Of a DNA stretch of 64,000 bases, positions 1-13,010 are shown in pieces. Every line of letters begins with the position of its first letter. Position 1 is the stretch's first letter. The notes below the pieces were generated by a model. It saw only the letters and a list, made by a program, of their open reading frames with translations. It had not been told where the DNA came from and made no database searches. The position numbers and the translations under genes were made by a program. The DNA comes from Octopus vulgaris (lineage: Eukaryota), in contig OX597827.1 in the NCBI GenBank assembly GCA_951406725.2, positions 73,966,001 through 74,030,000 of the forward strand, given 5' to 3'.

Positions 1-560
1 ATTTCACGAATGTCGGCTGATTTCAGAGCACGTCTAAGAAAAATAGTCGGTGGTATTTAATAGTTTTCTCTATGCAGACATAAAAAGCCCAAAATATTTA
101 GCAGAAAGGACACTGCAAGAGTCATACTTACTCAAGTGCATTGATAATGTCAGAAAAATGAAATCACTGCAAATTAGTATCGAAATGTAGTCATGGATCT
201 GGCTGACAGGGTGCTAAATATACCATATATATTAAAAGGCAGCTGATACAATGATGTTGATGATGAAGATGGTGATTTGCAGTTTTTAAAGGAGCAGTTA
301 AGGGCTGTGAAGTAGATCTCGTGACATATACACTGATGTGGATACATACGTATCCATGCATATATATAAATATATGTGTATGTGTGACTATTGAGTTGAT
401 TTGACTCTTATTTCTAGCAATACTATTTACTTTAATAAATACACACATACACGCAGACGCACGCGCACCATACATACACACATATGTTGTCTTTATGTTT
501 ACTTAAACCTGACATTTACTGACCTATTTTTATGTATATTGTATATTCTGTTCTCTCTAG

Positions 561-638
561 ATTCAACAATGAACGTCACCTATCCAAGAGGAATGGAATG
601 CGAACTAAAACCCAACGCAAATAGAACAATTTGTACCG
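561..638 (+). CDS. Probable internal exon of the EGF/F-lectin host gene (STMNVTYPRGMECELKPNANRTICT)
   Basis: Pyrimidine tract ttctgttctctctAG acceptor and G|GTGAC donor. 78 bp, phase 1-1, joins in frame to the exon at 11775. Contains 2 Cys and N-glycosylation sequons. No recognisable domain, so less certain. Confidence 0.45.
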
Positions 639-1669
639 GTGACGTAAAGAGTTATATATTGATATTAATGGGAAAGCTGGAGTTTATCGTATTAAGTTAT
701 TTGGTATGTTGATTTCTCACATTAAGAGCGATTTCTAGTTGTTTATTCAAATGTATTTGTGGTATTTCATGTCATGCATTATCAGTGATACCAAAACCTA
801 TTATCAAACGACTATTTATCACACATCTTATCATCGAAACAATTTGTTTATTGAAAAAACTTTAAGAAAACGTATTTTCAAAAGACACCATATTACTGAA
901 ACGATACTTATTTTCATCTAAGCCTCTTGACATTGAATTGATTTTTTAAAAAGTATTTTGTAAAATACTTTATTTTTGTATGCGGATTGCAAGACTCTTG
1001 ATTCGAATTCGTGTGTGGAAACGAATCTTGTGTTGGGAGGGTCATTGCCCCAGTAAACATACGTAACAAACTAACTAACCGATCGTTTGTTTTATGTGTT
1101 CGTTAAGCAATCGTTTGCTTGTGTGTCAAGGTGATTTCGTTGCTATTCCTGACCTCATCAATGACATTTCCTTTGTTTTAAATTTCTCCCTTGAGTCTGT
1201 CTGAGAATTATTCCTACGCCTGTGTTTAGGTATGCTTGTATGAGTGCATGTAGATGAGGAGTAGCTTATAAGAGAGGGGGGGAGAATAAACGAAGTGTGT
1301 GTTTGTGTGTGTGTGTGTGTGTGTATCTGTGTGGTTGTGTATATATACTCATATGCCTGCCTGTATTTGTGATTTTGTGTTCGTGAGCATGAGTGAATTG
1401 TAAGTAACCACACATCTACATACACACGAACTATCATACACGCTCAGAGGCATAAGAATGATTCTCAGACTGACTCAAGGCAGACCTTTAAAAGAGAAGG
1501 CATGTTATTGAATTAATTTATGAAAAAGTAAAATAATTGTATCTTTTGTGCGGTTTGAAATAATTTTCAACTTAAGATAAAGATTTTATATATATAAATA
1601 TAAATAAACAAATAATAAAAGAATGTATTAATTGTTATACGAAATAAGTTCGAAAGATGACAGATATTT

Positions 1670-1980
1670 CTGCTTCAGTCATTGGACTGCGGCCATACTG
1701 GGGCACTGTATTGAAAAGTTTTATTTGGTCGAATGAATCGACCTCATTACTTATTATGCAAATGTAAACCAACACTGGTCATCAAGATATTGTGGGAGAA
1801 CCACACACCACACACACACACACACACACATATGTTACACACGAAAAGCTCCTTTCAGTTTCCGTTTGCTAAATACACCAGAAAACTTTGGTCGGCTCGG
1901 GGTTATAGCAGAAGACTTATCCAAGGCGCGAGGGAATAGGACTTGAACCCAGACAAATCTGATTGTGAAGCAAACTTTTT
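1670..1980 (-). mobile_element. tRNA-derived SINE (degenerate) with CR1-group-LINE-like 3' tail
   Basis: Minus-strand B-box-like gggttcaagtcc near 1940-1950; tail gtgccccagtatggccgcagtccaatgactgaa resembles the LINE 3' ends near 28410-28445 and 48950-48985. Confidence 0.55.
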
Positions 1981-2127
1981 ACCCTGATAATAACTTTCAG
2001 CAGAAATTGTGTTACAGACTGCAACAATTTTCCCTATAAAAATATAAATTTCAAATAAATACATAATTTGCATTTGAAAATCTCTCTCTCTCTCTCCCTT
2101 CTTAGAGAGAAAGAGAGATGAAAGTTC

Positions 2128-2290
2128 TGGTGGTTAAGGTGTTGCATCCATGATTGTAAAATCGGTGTTTCAATTCTCGGACCAGTGATGCGTTGAGTTC
2201 TAGAGTAAAATTCTTCTTTGTCGTTATCCCAGTTCACTCAGCTGTAAATGGATAAACCTTCGGCAAACTGGTGTTCTATTCAGGGGGATG
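2128..2290 (+). mobile_element. Degenerate tRNA-derived SINE
   Basis: tggttaaggtgttg...gtttcaattctcggacc A/B-box-like head, similar to the SINEs at 46354 and 48590. Confidence 0.5.
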
Positions 2291-2873
2291 TTGGGATGCC
2301 AGCCCAGCCAGCCTGAGGCGGCATTATTCAAAAGCTATGATAACGCGAGCAAGTGTAACAACTCCTGCCTAAGGTCGGCGGAAGCGTCGGCGGCAGCGAC
2401 GGACGACGCGCGAGCACGCCGCCGCCTCCTCGCACCGAGCTCCAGACGCGATTCGGGGCGTCGCGGGTTCAGTGTGCAGGAGTGATTTTAATGATTAGGC
2501 AGGAGTGATTTTAATAATTACAATAATTTATATTATGATTTTTATAATTATATTCTTATCTTATATGTATTGAATTATAATGTATATACGTATGCTATTG
2601 AGGTTCTCATTTTTGTTAAATGAATAAATAATTCAACATTCTAATATCCGAAAGCTAATGAACCAACTAAATTGTTTCTCCATTTTCTTATTTGTATTAT
2701 AAATTAATGGTAAAATATTTCTTTACATTCACCCGTTTAATAGAATAAATAAGTTAATTGCATTGCAATTAAAAACATTTGTATATTAAGAATTTGGGTA
2801 TTATACCAACAGTATATTGGATAAATATTATCCCTTAGTGTGCTGGATCCGTAACTCCTAACTTACTTGGTAG

Positions 2874-2908
<35 letters not shown>

Positions 2909-2968
2909 CAGAAATATTAAATTTCTAAATATCTCATAGAGATATGTACGATGGTGGGGCGATAGTGT

Positions 2969-3114
2969 GGTTGTATACTGTCAACTTAACGTGACAGTAA
3001 GGGTGAGGTACACCACCACTGTTTAGCTCTAGGAAGCGTTGATGCTTCCTAGGGCTAAACAGCGGTGGTGTAATCCCCCCTCCTTACTGCAACGTTAAGC
3101 TGACAGTATACAAC

Positions 3115-3115
<1 letters not shown>
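2969..3115. repeat. About 145-bp imperfect palindrome (hairpin/MITE-like); second copy at 6475-6620
   Basis: ggttgtatactgtcaacttaacgt...ctaggaagc|gcttcctag...acgttaagctgacagtatacaacc. Confidence 0.85.
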
Positions 3116-3150
<35 letters not shown>

Positions 3151-5200
3151 TATGCGAACCTGTTCGTTGGCTATGTTGAGGCCCAAATATTCTCTAATTT
3201 CACTGGTCCCACTCCTGAACTATATGGTCGTTATATTGACGACATTATCAGTGCCACCTCACTCTCCCGCGAACATCTAGATTCCTTCCTCTCTTTCGTC
3301 CAATCTTTCCATCCAGCCCTCCACTTCACTTCCACTATCTCCAACACCTCTGTCTCCTTCCTCGACATTTCGGTTAGCATTCTTCACTCCACTCTTACCA
3401 CCTCCATTCACTACAAACAGACAGACTCACACTCATACCTCAACTTCTCTTCCTCCCACCCAGAACACACCAAGCTTTCCATCCCCTATTCCCAATTCCT
3501 CCGTCTACGTAGGCTCTGTAGTGACGACCATGACTTTGAGACTCAGTCTCAACGTATGGCTCACCACTTCACCCTACGTGGATACCCCCTCACCACTATC
3601 CACACCGCCCTTGCCAGAGCACGGTCCGTGGACCGTGTATCTGCTCTCTCTCCCCGAACCCGCCCTGTAGTCTCCCGCCTCCCTTTTCCCCTCACTTACC
3701 ACCCCACGACCCTACGTCTCCAACGCACCATTCTTCTAGCTTTCCGTCATCTCCAGTCCGACCCGTCCACTTCACACCTCTTCCCTAACCGACCCCTCCC
3801 CTCTTTCAAACGAGCCCACAACCTTCGAGACCTTTTGGTCCATAGCTCCTTCCCTGACCCTACCTCCCAACCCGGCTCGTTCCCCTGCTCCCGCCCACGT
3901 TGCCGCACTTGCCCTTACCTCTCCAACACCACCCGCCTCACTAGCACCCACCATCGACCCTATCCCATCATCCACTCCTTCACCTGCACCTCCAGCAATA
4001 TTATCTATTGCATCTCTTGCTCTCTCTGCAATTCCTTGTACATCGGACAAACGGGACGCCGCTTGGCTGACCGGTTCGCGGAACACCTTCGTGACATCCA
4101 CCTTGCGAACGACACACCGGTCTCACGCCATTTCCGCTCCACCGGTCACTCCTTGCAACACCTATCTGTGTTCGGTTTGTCCTTACACAGAGGCCATCCG
4201 GATTCCCGTTTGCGCCGTGAACAGGAATTAATCTTCTCTCTTCGCTCTTATACGCCATTTGGTCTCAACTCTCCCCCCTCCTCATCTAACCCCCCTCTCC
4301 CCCTCCTCACCTATCCTTTCTCCCCCGACCCCTACTTCTTCAGTCCTTCATCCTTTCACCCCTACTCCCCTTCCCTTCTTCCCTCTTCCCCTTCCCTCTG
4401 CTCCCTCTCTCCCCTTCTCTCTCTCCCCCTCTCCCTCTTTCCTCCTTCATCCCCCTCCTCACCTTCCTTCTCCCCCATCGTCTCCTCTTCCCCCTTCTCC
4501 TCCCCCTCTTCTCCTCACTACACCACATGACTTTACACATCACATCACATATGATGTGCCATACTAATACACACACCAACTAATACATACTAATACGTAC
4601 TAATACATACTAGTACATACTAATACTTACACCAACCCTATACATACACACGTCCAGACCCCGCATACGCACTTATACTCTCTCACACACACACACACAC
4701 ACCTATACATACCAATACGTACTAATACATACTAATACATACTAATACATACACCAACCCCATACATACGCACGTCCAGACCAATCTTACGCACTAATAC
4801 TCTCTCATACACACACACACACACACACCCTTATACATACTAATACATACACCAACCCTATACATACACACATCCAGACCCCTCCCACGCACTTTTAGCT
4901 GGTCCCTCAACCCTTTTATCAACCCTATTATCTCCCCTTATTTCGCTCTCGCGTCTCATGTTTGATCTTTGACCTCTGGCCGAAATCAGATCGCCATGTT
5001 GATTCGTTAGCTACTGCACGCATTTTTTTTTCTCTCCTTCTTTCTGTTTTTCTCTCTCTGTGTATCTTTCTGTTGAAGAGCGTAGGCTCGAAACGTTAAA
5101 GACTTGTTTTATTTATATTTCCTGAGCGCCATACTAATACAATTGTTCGTTTGTTTTCCACCTGCCTTCGTCTTTTGTTTATTTTCATAAAGCTTCCCGT
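3151..5200 (+). mobile_element. 5'-truncated Penelope-like retroelement (RT C-half + GIY-YIG endonuclease + 3' pLTR) inserted in (TA)n
   Basis: Open frame from 3151: YANLFVGYVE, YGRYIDD, FLDI, CSRPRCRTC linker, IIYCISC...YIGQT, RFAEH, PFGLN; flanked by (TA)n on both sides. Confidence 0.92.
5065..5102 (+). ncRNA. Penelope-type minimal hammerhead ribozyme motif (core variant CUGUUGA)
   Basis: tcttt-CTGTTGA-a-gagc(gtag)gctc-GAAAC-GTT-aaaga: stem I tcttt/aaaga, stem II gagc/gctc, palindromic stem III. Confidence 0.6.
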
Positions 5201-5240
<40 letters not shown>

Positions 5241-6300
5241 TAAATTAGAGATAAAAGTACTATTAGGCAAATCAAAACATAAACCAAAACATAAAAATAA
5301 AAATAATTTGTATAATATACAAAATATATAAAACATAAAATTTAAAAATGATAAGTGAGTTGAGTTTTGGCGCCTTTTTTACTAATAACAAACACACACG
5401 TGTTTGTATGTTGTTGTATGTGTATGTAGTTGTATGTAGTTGTATATGTATGTGTATGCGTGTGTGTGAGGAATGACACACACACACACTCACGCACACA
5501 TGTACATCAATGCTTTCGGAGTGATATGTTAAAATATTGAGTTTTCTCGAATTTTGTCTTAATTGGTGGTAAAATTGAAAGAAATTTTTTATGGCATCAC
5601 CCACTGAAGTACTCTGAAAAATCTTAGGTAAATTCTAATTGAAGAAATTGTGTGAGGAGTAAATGGTTATGTATTTATTTGTTTCTGTTTGCTGTGTTTT
5701 TTTATTTTTTGAGTAGTGGTTTAAATACTTTCAGTTTAGTCTTCCTCAAATCACTCTGTCGCTATTTACTTTCATTTTATTCGTTGCACACTGTGTGTGT
5801 GCGTTTGCGTGTGGTGTAAACCAGACTAAGAAAAGCATTTGACACACACACCAGAATGTGAGTTTTCTGTAAATTTTGCTTAATTGGAGTTTAAATTTTA
5901 AAAACTGGACCTGGCCGCGATGCATTCTACTCTTAAAAATGCTAGGTAAATTGTAATTGAAGAAATCCTATATTGTAGATTTCTATAACTCCCAAAGGGA
6001 GGCAGATAAAATCTGCCTTTTATAATAAGAGATATACGTATGCTATTAAGGTTCTCATTTTTGTTAAATGAATAAATAATCCAACATTCTAATATCCGAA
6101 AGCTAATGAACAAACTAAATTGTTTCTCCATTTTCTTATTTGTATTATAAATTAATGGTAAAATATTTCTTTACCTTCATCCGTTTAATAGAATAAATTA
6201 AAAACATTTGTGTATTAAGAATTTGGGTATTATACCAATAGTATATTGGATAAATATTATCCCTTAGTGTGTTGGATCCATAACTTCTAACTTACTTGGT

Positions 6301-6406
<106 letters not shown>

Positions 6407-6619
6407 TCATATATCAGAAATATTAAATTTCTAAATATCTCATAGAGATATGTACGGTGGTGGGGCGATAGAGTGGTTGTATACTGTCAACTTAACGTGA
6501 CAGTAAGGGTGGGGTACACCACCGCTGTTTAGCCCTAGAAAGCGTCGATGCTTCCTAGGGCTAAACAGCGGTGGTGTAATCCCCCCTCCTTACTGCAACG
6601 TTAAGTTGACAGTATACAC

Positions 6620-6671
<52 letters not shown>

Positions 6672-6907
6672 AATTAGAGATAAAACTACTATTAGGCAAA
6701 TCAAAACATAAACCAAAATATAAAAATAAAAATAATTGATATAATATACAAAATATATAAAACATAAAATTTAAAAATTTAAATCATTTAAATTTAAAAT
6801 TAAAATTATTAATTTATATTTATAAATGTTTATTTATTTAATTTGTTTTCTTATTAAATATATATAACTATCAAAAAGTATTAAAAAGTTTAATATGATA
6901 AAAAGTA

Positions 6908-7006
6908 AAACCACTACGTACGTTTCGTGCCCATAACCTAATTCGAATTACAATAATTTAAATTCCATTAATAATTCGAATTATGGTTGTAGTCAATCTT
7001 CAGGTT
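6908..7006 (-). ncRNA. Hammerhead-like motif with long AT-rich stem II
   Basis: Minus strand: aacCTGAAGA...taattcgaatta...taattcgaatta...GAAAcgtacGTAgtggtt; palindromic stem III; stem I weak. Confidence 0.4.
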
Positions 7007-8914
7007 AAAGATAATAGTTAAATAAATAAGCAAATATATTTAAACAATATTTTTTAAAGAAATAAATAAAATAATAATTTTTCTTATAAAAAACTCTAAT
7101 ATCAAACTAGAAACTTTAACGATTATGATTATGTCATACAATCTAATTATAATGCTAAATATTAGATTTTAAGGTAAGAATAGATAGAAAATGTATTTAT
7201 CTATTCAGATATAATATGGCTTTAAAAACATAATAAACTCACGAATAACCTAATCTCAGTTATAGTCAATATCAAATTACCTAATTATTTAACAAAAAAA
7301 ATAATCAAAAAATAATCACTATTCATATTATTAAATTAAGTTCAAATCAAATAATTATAAAATATTTGAATTATAACTAAATTACCAATAAATATATATA
7401 AATATATATAAATATAAGAATTAAGATCTGAAATTATCTCTATCAAGAAATATATATACAATATTAAAAAACTAAATAAATTAATTATTCATTATTACTT
7501 ATGAAATATATTAAAAATTAAAATATTAAAGATGAAAAAGCAAATTGTAAACAAATAAACTATCTTAAGAGAACCTTATAACTATTTAACGATCCATATA
7601 TCTCGTTGGCTAATTAATAACTTACAAAACCGTATAGTTAAGAACTAATAATGAAATAATGAAATACATATCTTCAACAACTAAATACTTATACAATGAA
7701 ATTATCAATCCGTAGTTATATAGTATCCAATAAATACTACGAATATATTTATCAATGAAAAACACTGCTACAAATAGTCAATTGAAAACAGCTATATAAA
7801 AGGTATAATAGAACAAAGTCAACCATTAGAGATATTTATGAATATATAAAATAGCTTAAAAAAATATAATAAACTCACAAATATCCTTAACTCAGTTATA
7901 GTCCAAAGATTTAATTACCAAATTATTCAACTAAAAAATCGTTATTTATATATTAGTTTTATGTACACATCTAATAATTATAAAATATTCAAAAATAATA
8001 ACTAAATAACTATCAACAAATATAGTGATTAAAGACTAAAATTTATGGTATCAATAAATGTATAGACATGAAACCTAACTTTAAAATATCGTATTACCAT
8101 TTACGATCTATATATCTCTTTGGCTAAGTAAAGTCTTACAAATAAACGTAGAGTTAAAAATCTAATAATTATATACAAACTTCGATAACTGAATCATTAC
8201 ATACCAATCAGTATTTATATATAATACCAAATTATACAATAAGACTTATTAAAATATTTTAAATTTAAAAATTTTAAAATCTTAAATAGAAATAGATTAC
8301 TTAGCTTTGCAAGGCTTTGTGACGAACATATATATATATATGTATATATATTTCATGTATGTACGTATGCATGCATGGATGCATGACTATGCCAACAAAT
8401 TCGCTTCATACATTGATTACATATTAAATTTTAATTAACTTGAAGAATTTTCATCAAAACAATGATATAAGTGATATAAGTTGTCGACTTGAAACTTGTT
8501 GCAAAGCTGCATGATAAACAACAGTACCACAACCATCACCACCATATCTGCCATAGACACACCGTTTAGCATGTTTCTTCAGTGTTCAGTCTCTCTTTCT
8601 CTCACATGGCCACTCTTTCTCTCTCTCTCTTCAACTGCCACCATCAACACTACTACTTTTAATAAAATCATGAACACTTCCTAAATTTCTTTGACTTCTT
8701 TCTCACCTCTCTTTTTCTATTTCTGTCTGTCTGTTTCTCTCTGTCTTCGCCACCGTCCTCAGCCTCTCTATGCCTACTATTACTCTCACTCCAGTATGAG
8801 CAATAGAAGAAGTGTTAATGAATAGTGAGAGTTGGAGTGGGCGAAGTGTGACAAACTAACACACAGAAATGAGTTTTCGCATTTCTTATACTATATTATA
8901 TTACATTATATATA

Positions 8915-9170
8915 TCACCGTGATCACCGTCAGCGACCAGGCTATCAGATGTTGCCTCACATCGCTGGTCACAATGCACCTCAAATGACGCCATCCCGCT
9001 GGCTAAGCGAGATGGCCTGCAGAAGAAAGAGTGAGAGAAAGTTGTGGCGAAAAAGTAAAGCAGGGATCGCCATCACCCCCTGCCGTAGCCTCGTGGAGCT
9101 TTAGGTGTTTTCGCTCAATAAACACTTACAACGCCCGGTCAGGGAATCGAAACTGCGATCCTACGATCGC
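8915..9170 (-). mobile_element. tRNA-derived SINE
   Basis: Minus-strand gatcgtaggatcgcagtttcgattccctgaccgggcgttg B-box-like head; flanked by TA-rich sequence. Confidence 0.55.
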
Positions 9171-9259
9171 ATATTCTCAAACACATATTCTCTTAAATAA
9201 ATATATGTATTCTGTATACATACATACATACATACATACATATACATTGTCTCTAATTA

Positions 9260-9290
<31 letters not shown>

Positions 9291-9299
9291 GGATATAAA

Positions 9300-10247
9300 T
9301 GGGCGAAACTACACAGACATTCCGGACTCCGAATGAAGAGGCAATTTAGCTGCAAATGATCCCAGTATCTTGCTTTGTCCTGTTTGCTGTTGTCGTGCCA
9401 TCGTTCTTTGCCCCGCATGTTGCATTTTGTCGGTTTCCGTTTGTTGTGTTCTTTCTGGGCTACCTTAGATTTATCCAAGCAGTGTTACGTGCAGCTGTAT
9501 ACATTGTAAAAAAGATACCCTTTGAATATCATGTACGACTCTCATCCTCTTACCTCCGCTATACCTTTTTCTCTCTCCCTCCCTTTCATTCTTTCGTCCT
9601 TCTAATTTCTTTCCCCTCTCTCCTATTCCTTAGTCACTCTGCCCTCTTGAACTCCTCCCCTCTTCTACCACGTAAACGCTGTCCGCTTCAGGCGTTGTCG
9701 TCCTTTTTCGACCGGCCGCCTTTGAGGTCGGTTGCGCCCGTCTGTTCTGTTCTGTTCTGCAGCCCACCCAGTTAAGATTTTTCCATTTCTTCTTTCCTTG
9801 CACTAGCTCATTACATTCGGTCGATGGTCGAAAGGCCCTTTTTGTTTCGTCTTATTTTTGTTGTAATTCTACAAATATTTTTATTTTGTTGCATAGTCGA
9901 AAGGCGTTTGACCATTGTATATATTTCATGTTTCATATTTTACGTTCGTCCGATAGCCGAAAGAACCTTTCCGTTATTTACATATTTATTTTCATATATG
10001 TACATTCGTTGCCTTTCCCAGAGGCTTAATGTTTTAAGCTTAACTCTCTGGCCCAGCCGGTTTCGAGTAATATCGGAGGTAAGTCAGCGAAACTACGCAG
10101 ACATTCCGGACTCCAACTGAAGAGACAATTTGGCTGCGAATGCCCCCTGTGTCTTGTTTGTCCTGTTTACCGTTGTCGTGCTATCGTCCTTTTCCCGCAT
10201 GTTGTGTTTTGACGGTTTCCGTTTGTTGTGCTCTTTCTGATCTACCT

Positions 10248-10250
<3 letters not shown>
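9300..10250 (+). repeat. Diverged direct repeat (about 9300-9470 and 10088-10250), probably tandem pLTR-like termini of a non-autonomous retroelement
   Basis: gcgaaactac(a/g)cagacattccggactcc...tgaagag...ccgcatgttg...ggtttccgtttgttgtg in both copies; bounded by (TA)n. Confidence 0.6.
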
Positions 10251-10305
<55 letters not shown>

Positions 10306-10559
10306 ATCAGCAAATCACAAATACGACAGAGAAGCACACAATAAGTTACAGAGTAGAGGAGTATTTAGATAAATATAATTATGTCCCATATTTTCCGTAG
10401 ACTAAGTGGTTTTCGTGAATTAGGGACTAGAGACACAGTAAAGCTAAGCACTTCATGGATGCGACACCTTGGGTAACCCTGTAAACCGGCAATAACTATT
10501 TTTATCTAAATATTTATGTATATAGTATTAGTATTTTTATCTAAATGTATATATGTATA

Positions 10560-11065
10560 TGTAGTATTAGACAGTTTAAGTATATATTAACTAAATTTGA
10601 CAGAAATTGATGGGTGAGCGTTTGGCCAATCGGACTTGCAAGGAGACGAGTAAGCGTTGATATGTGGGTTTGATTCAGACTGAAGTTAACTCATCATTTT
10701 TCGGGTATTTGCTTATATTTAAATATTGTCGCTTCAAATTGAAGAGTAAATATTATGATATATTATTATACAGTTATTATTATACTATGAGTCTTACATT
10801 GTAGCTTTCTAGGCTTAACTTAAAATACCTTTCAGGTTTGTTTACAAAAATATTATATGCAGTATTAAACGGTTTAAGTATAAATTAACTAAATTTCACT
10901 GAAATTGACGGGTGAGCGCTTGGCCAATCGAATTTGCAAGGAGCCGTGTAAGTGTCGATTTGTGGGTTCGATTCAGCCTGTGGCTAGCTCGTCATTTTTC
11001 GGTCATTTGTTTATATTTAAAATTTGTGGCTTCAAATCGAAAAATAAATATATTATTTATTATAC
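10560..11065 (+). repeat. Diverged tandem duplication, about 300-bp period
   Basis: gtttaagtat..attaactaaattt..gaaattga(t/c)gggtgagcg(t/c)ttggccaatcg at about 10575 and 10872. Confidence 0.75.
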
Positions 11066-11774
11066 ATACATGCACGACCTTAGCACACCTTAGTAGCAGT
11101 GTAGCCCTCGCTCCGAGCAAGTCATTGAACTAGTGCCTATAATATTTGATTACTCACAGGAAGACACATGATATATACATCGTAATTGGGCCCCTAGAAA
11201 TAAGAGGCCTCCACACAACTGCCCAGTGTGCCCGTAACTTAAAACTGCAATGTTAACATACTGTTGATTTTTGTTTGATATAATCCTTTTAAGTCTCTCA
11301 TCTCGGCTATGATGCTTTAAAGTGTCCTGAACTCATTAGCGTAGCTACGGTTGGGGGTATAGGGGTGGTCCGCTACTGGCAGCACTTATAAAGGAGCATT
11401 ACTTTTGAGTCTGCTAAAGGCAATATGTGCTTTTGTGGGGTCCGGGGCGGCAAACGGAAGGGCCTCCCCGGGCGGCACACACTCTGGATACGCTAGTGTC
11501 TCAACTGTAACTTATGTAGCGTCTACATATACAGGAATCGCATAATTTTTGATTTCTTATATGTGCGCGAATTTCTGCAATTTTAAGATTGTAAATGTGA
11601 TATATAGTATCTCTTGTTAGCTACATCAAGAGATTCTATATCAAGAGATACTCTTGAAACATAGAATCTCTTGTTGATTATATGTGAGATCTTGTAAGAT
11701 TGAATGTTATATTCAATAACTGTTTTATTTTAATGCTCATTTACAAAGAAACTGTTTCGATGTTATCAATTTAG

Positions 11775-11921
11775 GATGTCCACCACAATTGTATGGTAAA
11801 GACTGTATCAATGAATGTCATTGTTCTCGAGCGGAATCATGTCACCAAATTACTGGAAAGTGTAAACGTGATGACTGCGAAGATGGATGGTATGGAGAGA
11901 AGTGTGACAAGCGAACATATG
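11775..11921 (+). CDS. Host-gene exon: 8-Cys MEGF/SREC-type EGF-like repeat (CPPQLYGKDCINECHCSRAESCHQITGKCKRDDCEDGWYGEKCDKRTY)
   Basis: tttAG acceptor and G|GTAAGT donor; 147 bp, phase 1-1; C-x-x-x-x-YG-x-x-C...CHC...C...TG-x-C...C-x-x-GWYG-x-x-C pattern. Confidence 0.9.
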
Positions 11922-11999
11922 GTAAGTACATATTTGTTCAGGGTATGCGGGTACTTAGATACTTAAATGACTTTCGGTCAGAATAAACCCTGGCCATGA

Positions 12000-12790
12000 C
12001 TAACTTAGTAGCAGCACTAATAAAACATTTAATCATGCTTCATGTTACAATCATGTTTTGGGCACCATAGCCCATGCGAGTAAAGAGTTATTGTTGGCAG
12101 AGATTTATCCGGGTGTACTTGATTTATCTGGAATTTGTTCGGGATATTCATCCGGGAAATGCCTGAATAACATGAGATCTTTTTCTTCTTTTATGTGTCT
12201 TGGCATGATGTTAAAGAAAGCAGGGCCAGTGGAGGTGAAGTGCTTCTGTCTTAGTGTTGTAATCGCGAGGACGATTTTTGTAGAGGGCGAATGGCATTGG
12301 GTCCAAGTCTAGGGTGAACTTTACAGTTGATAACAACACTGTTTGAACAATATTGGAATATTTTCCACATTATACGAAAGATATAGCGCTCATGGTGAAG
12401 TTGGAGGGTGTAAAGTGTGTGTTTCTGGAGCTGATCCCAGTATTCAAGCCCTGACATGTCTTGCTTTTTCTTTGATTGATCTCTGGGGTGCTTCAATTTT
12501 TATGATATTTACTTTCATGTCGAGAGACCAAAGCGCACAACGGTATTCTAGATGAGGACGGGCTTTGGTAGGGAAGAGAATGATAATGGTAGGAGCATCT
12601 CTGAACCTGAAAATTCTTAGGATCCAGGAGCACAACATACGGATCATGTCAGTTTTGTTGTTTATGTGGTCACTCTATTCTAAGTTATTATCGACTGTTA
12701 TTCCGAGGTCCTTACAGTGATTGATACCACTAAAGGTTTCATGTAAGAGAACAGTATATAGCAGCTTATGTGCAGCCACTTTTCCGAAGT
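12000..12790 (-). mobile_element. Degenerate 3' fragment of CR1/L2-group LINE ORF2
   Basis: WILRIFRFRD...RPHLEY...LWS...IEAPQR...LEYWDQLQKHTLYTLQLHHERY. Confidence 0.75.
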
Positions 12791-13010
12791 GAATTAATTC
12801 AAATTTTTGGGGTCTGTGAATATTTCATGGAATTAATTGTAAACTTATTGGGTTATTCCCGAAAACTTTACACAAAAGCCTGAAAGCGTAGATTATGTTT
12901 TGTCTGTATCAAATGATAGTTGCTCATCTACTCTTCATTGAAAAGTGAAGGAAATTAGACTACGATGATTACTTAATGCATTTTACATATATATCATTTA
13001 TTTACTTGAA

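Noticed and set aside
4270-4579. Pro/Ser-rich extension of the Penelope ORF and overlapping ORFs
   Set aside because: Read-through into the pyrimidine-rich 3' region; homology ends at PFGLN
6670-8330. Possible mitochondrial insertion (numt) or control region
   Set aside because: No recognisable mitochondrial gene, rRNA or tRNA motif
10085-10140. GAAA...CTGAAGA arrangement suggesting a type II hammerhead (similar at 9300-9350 and 51350-51440)
   Set aside because: I could not build convincing stems or an NUH cleavage triplet
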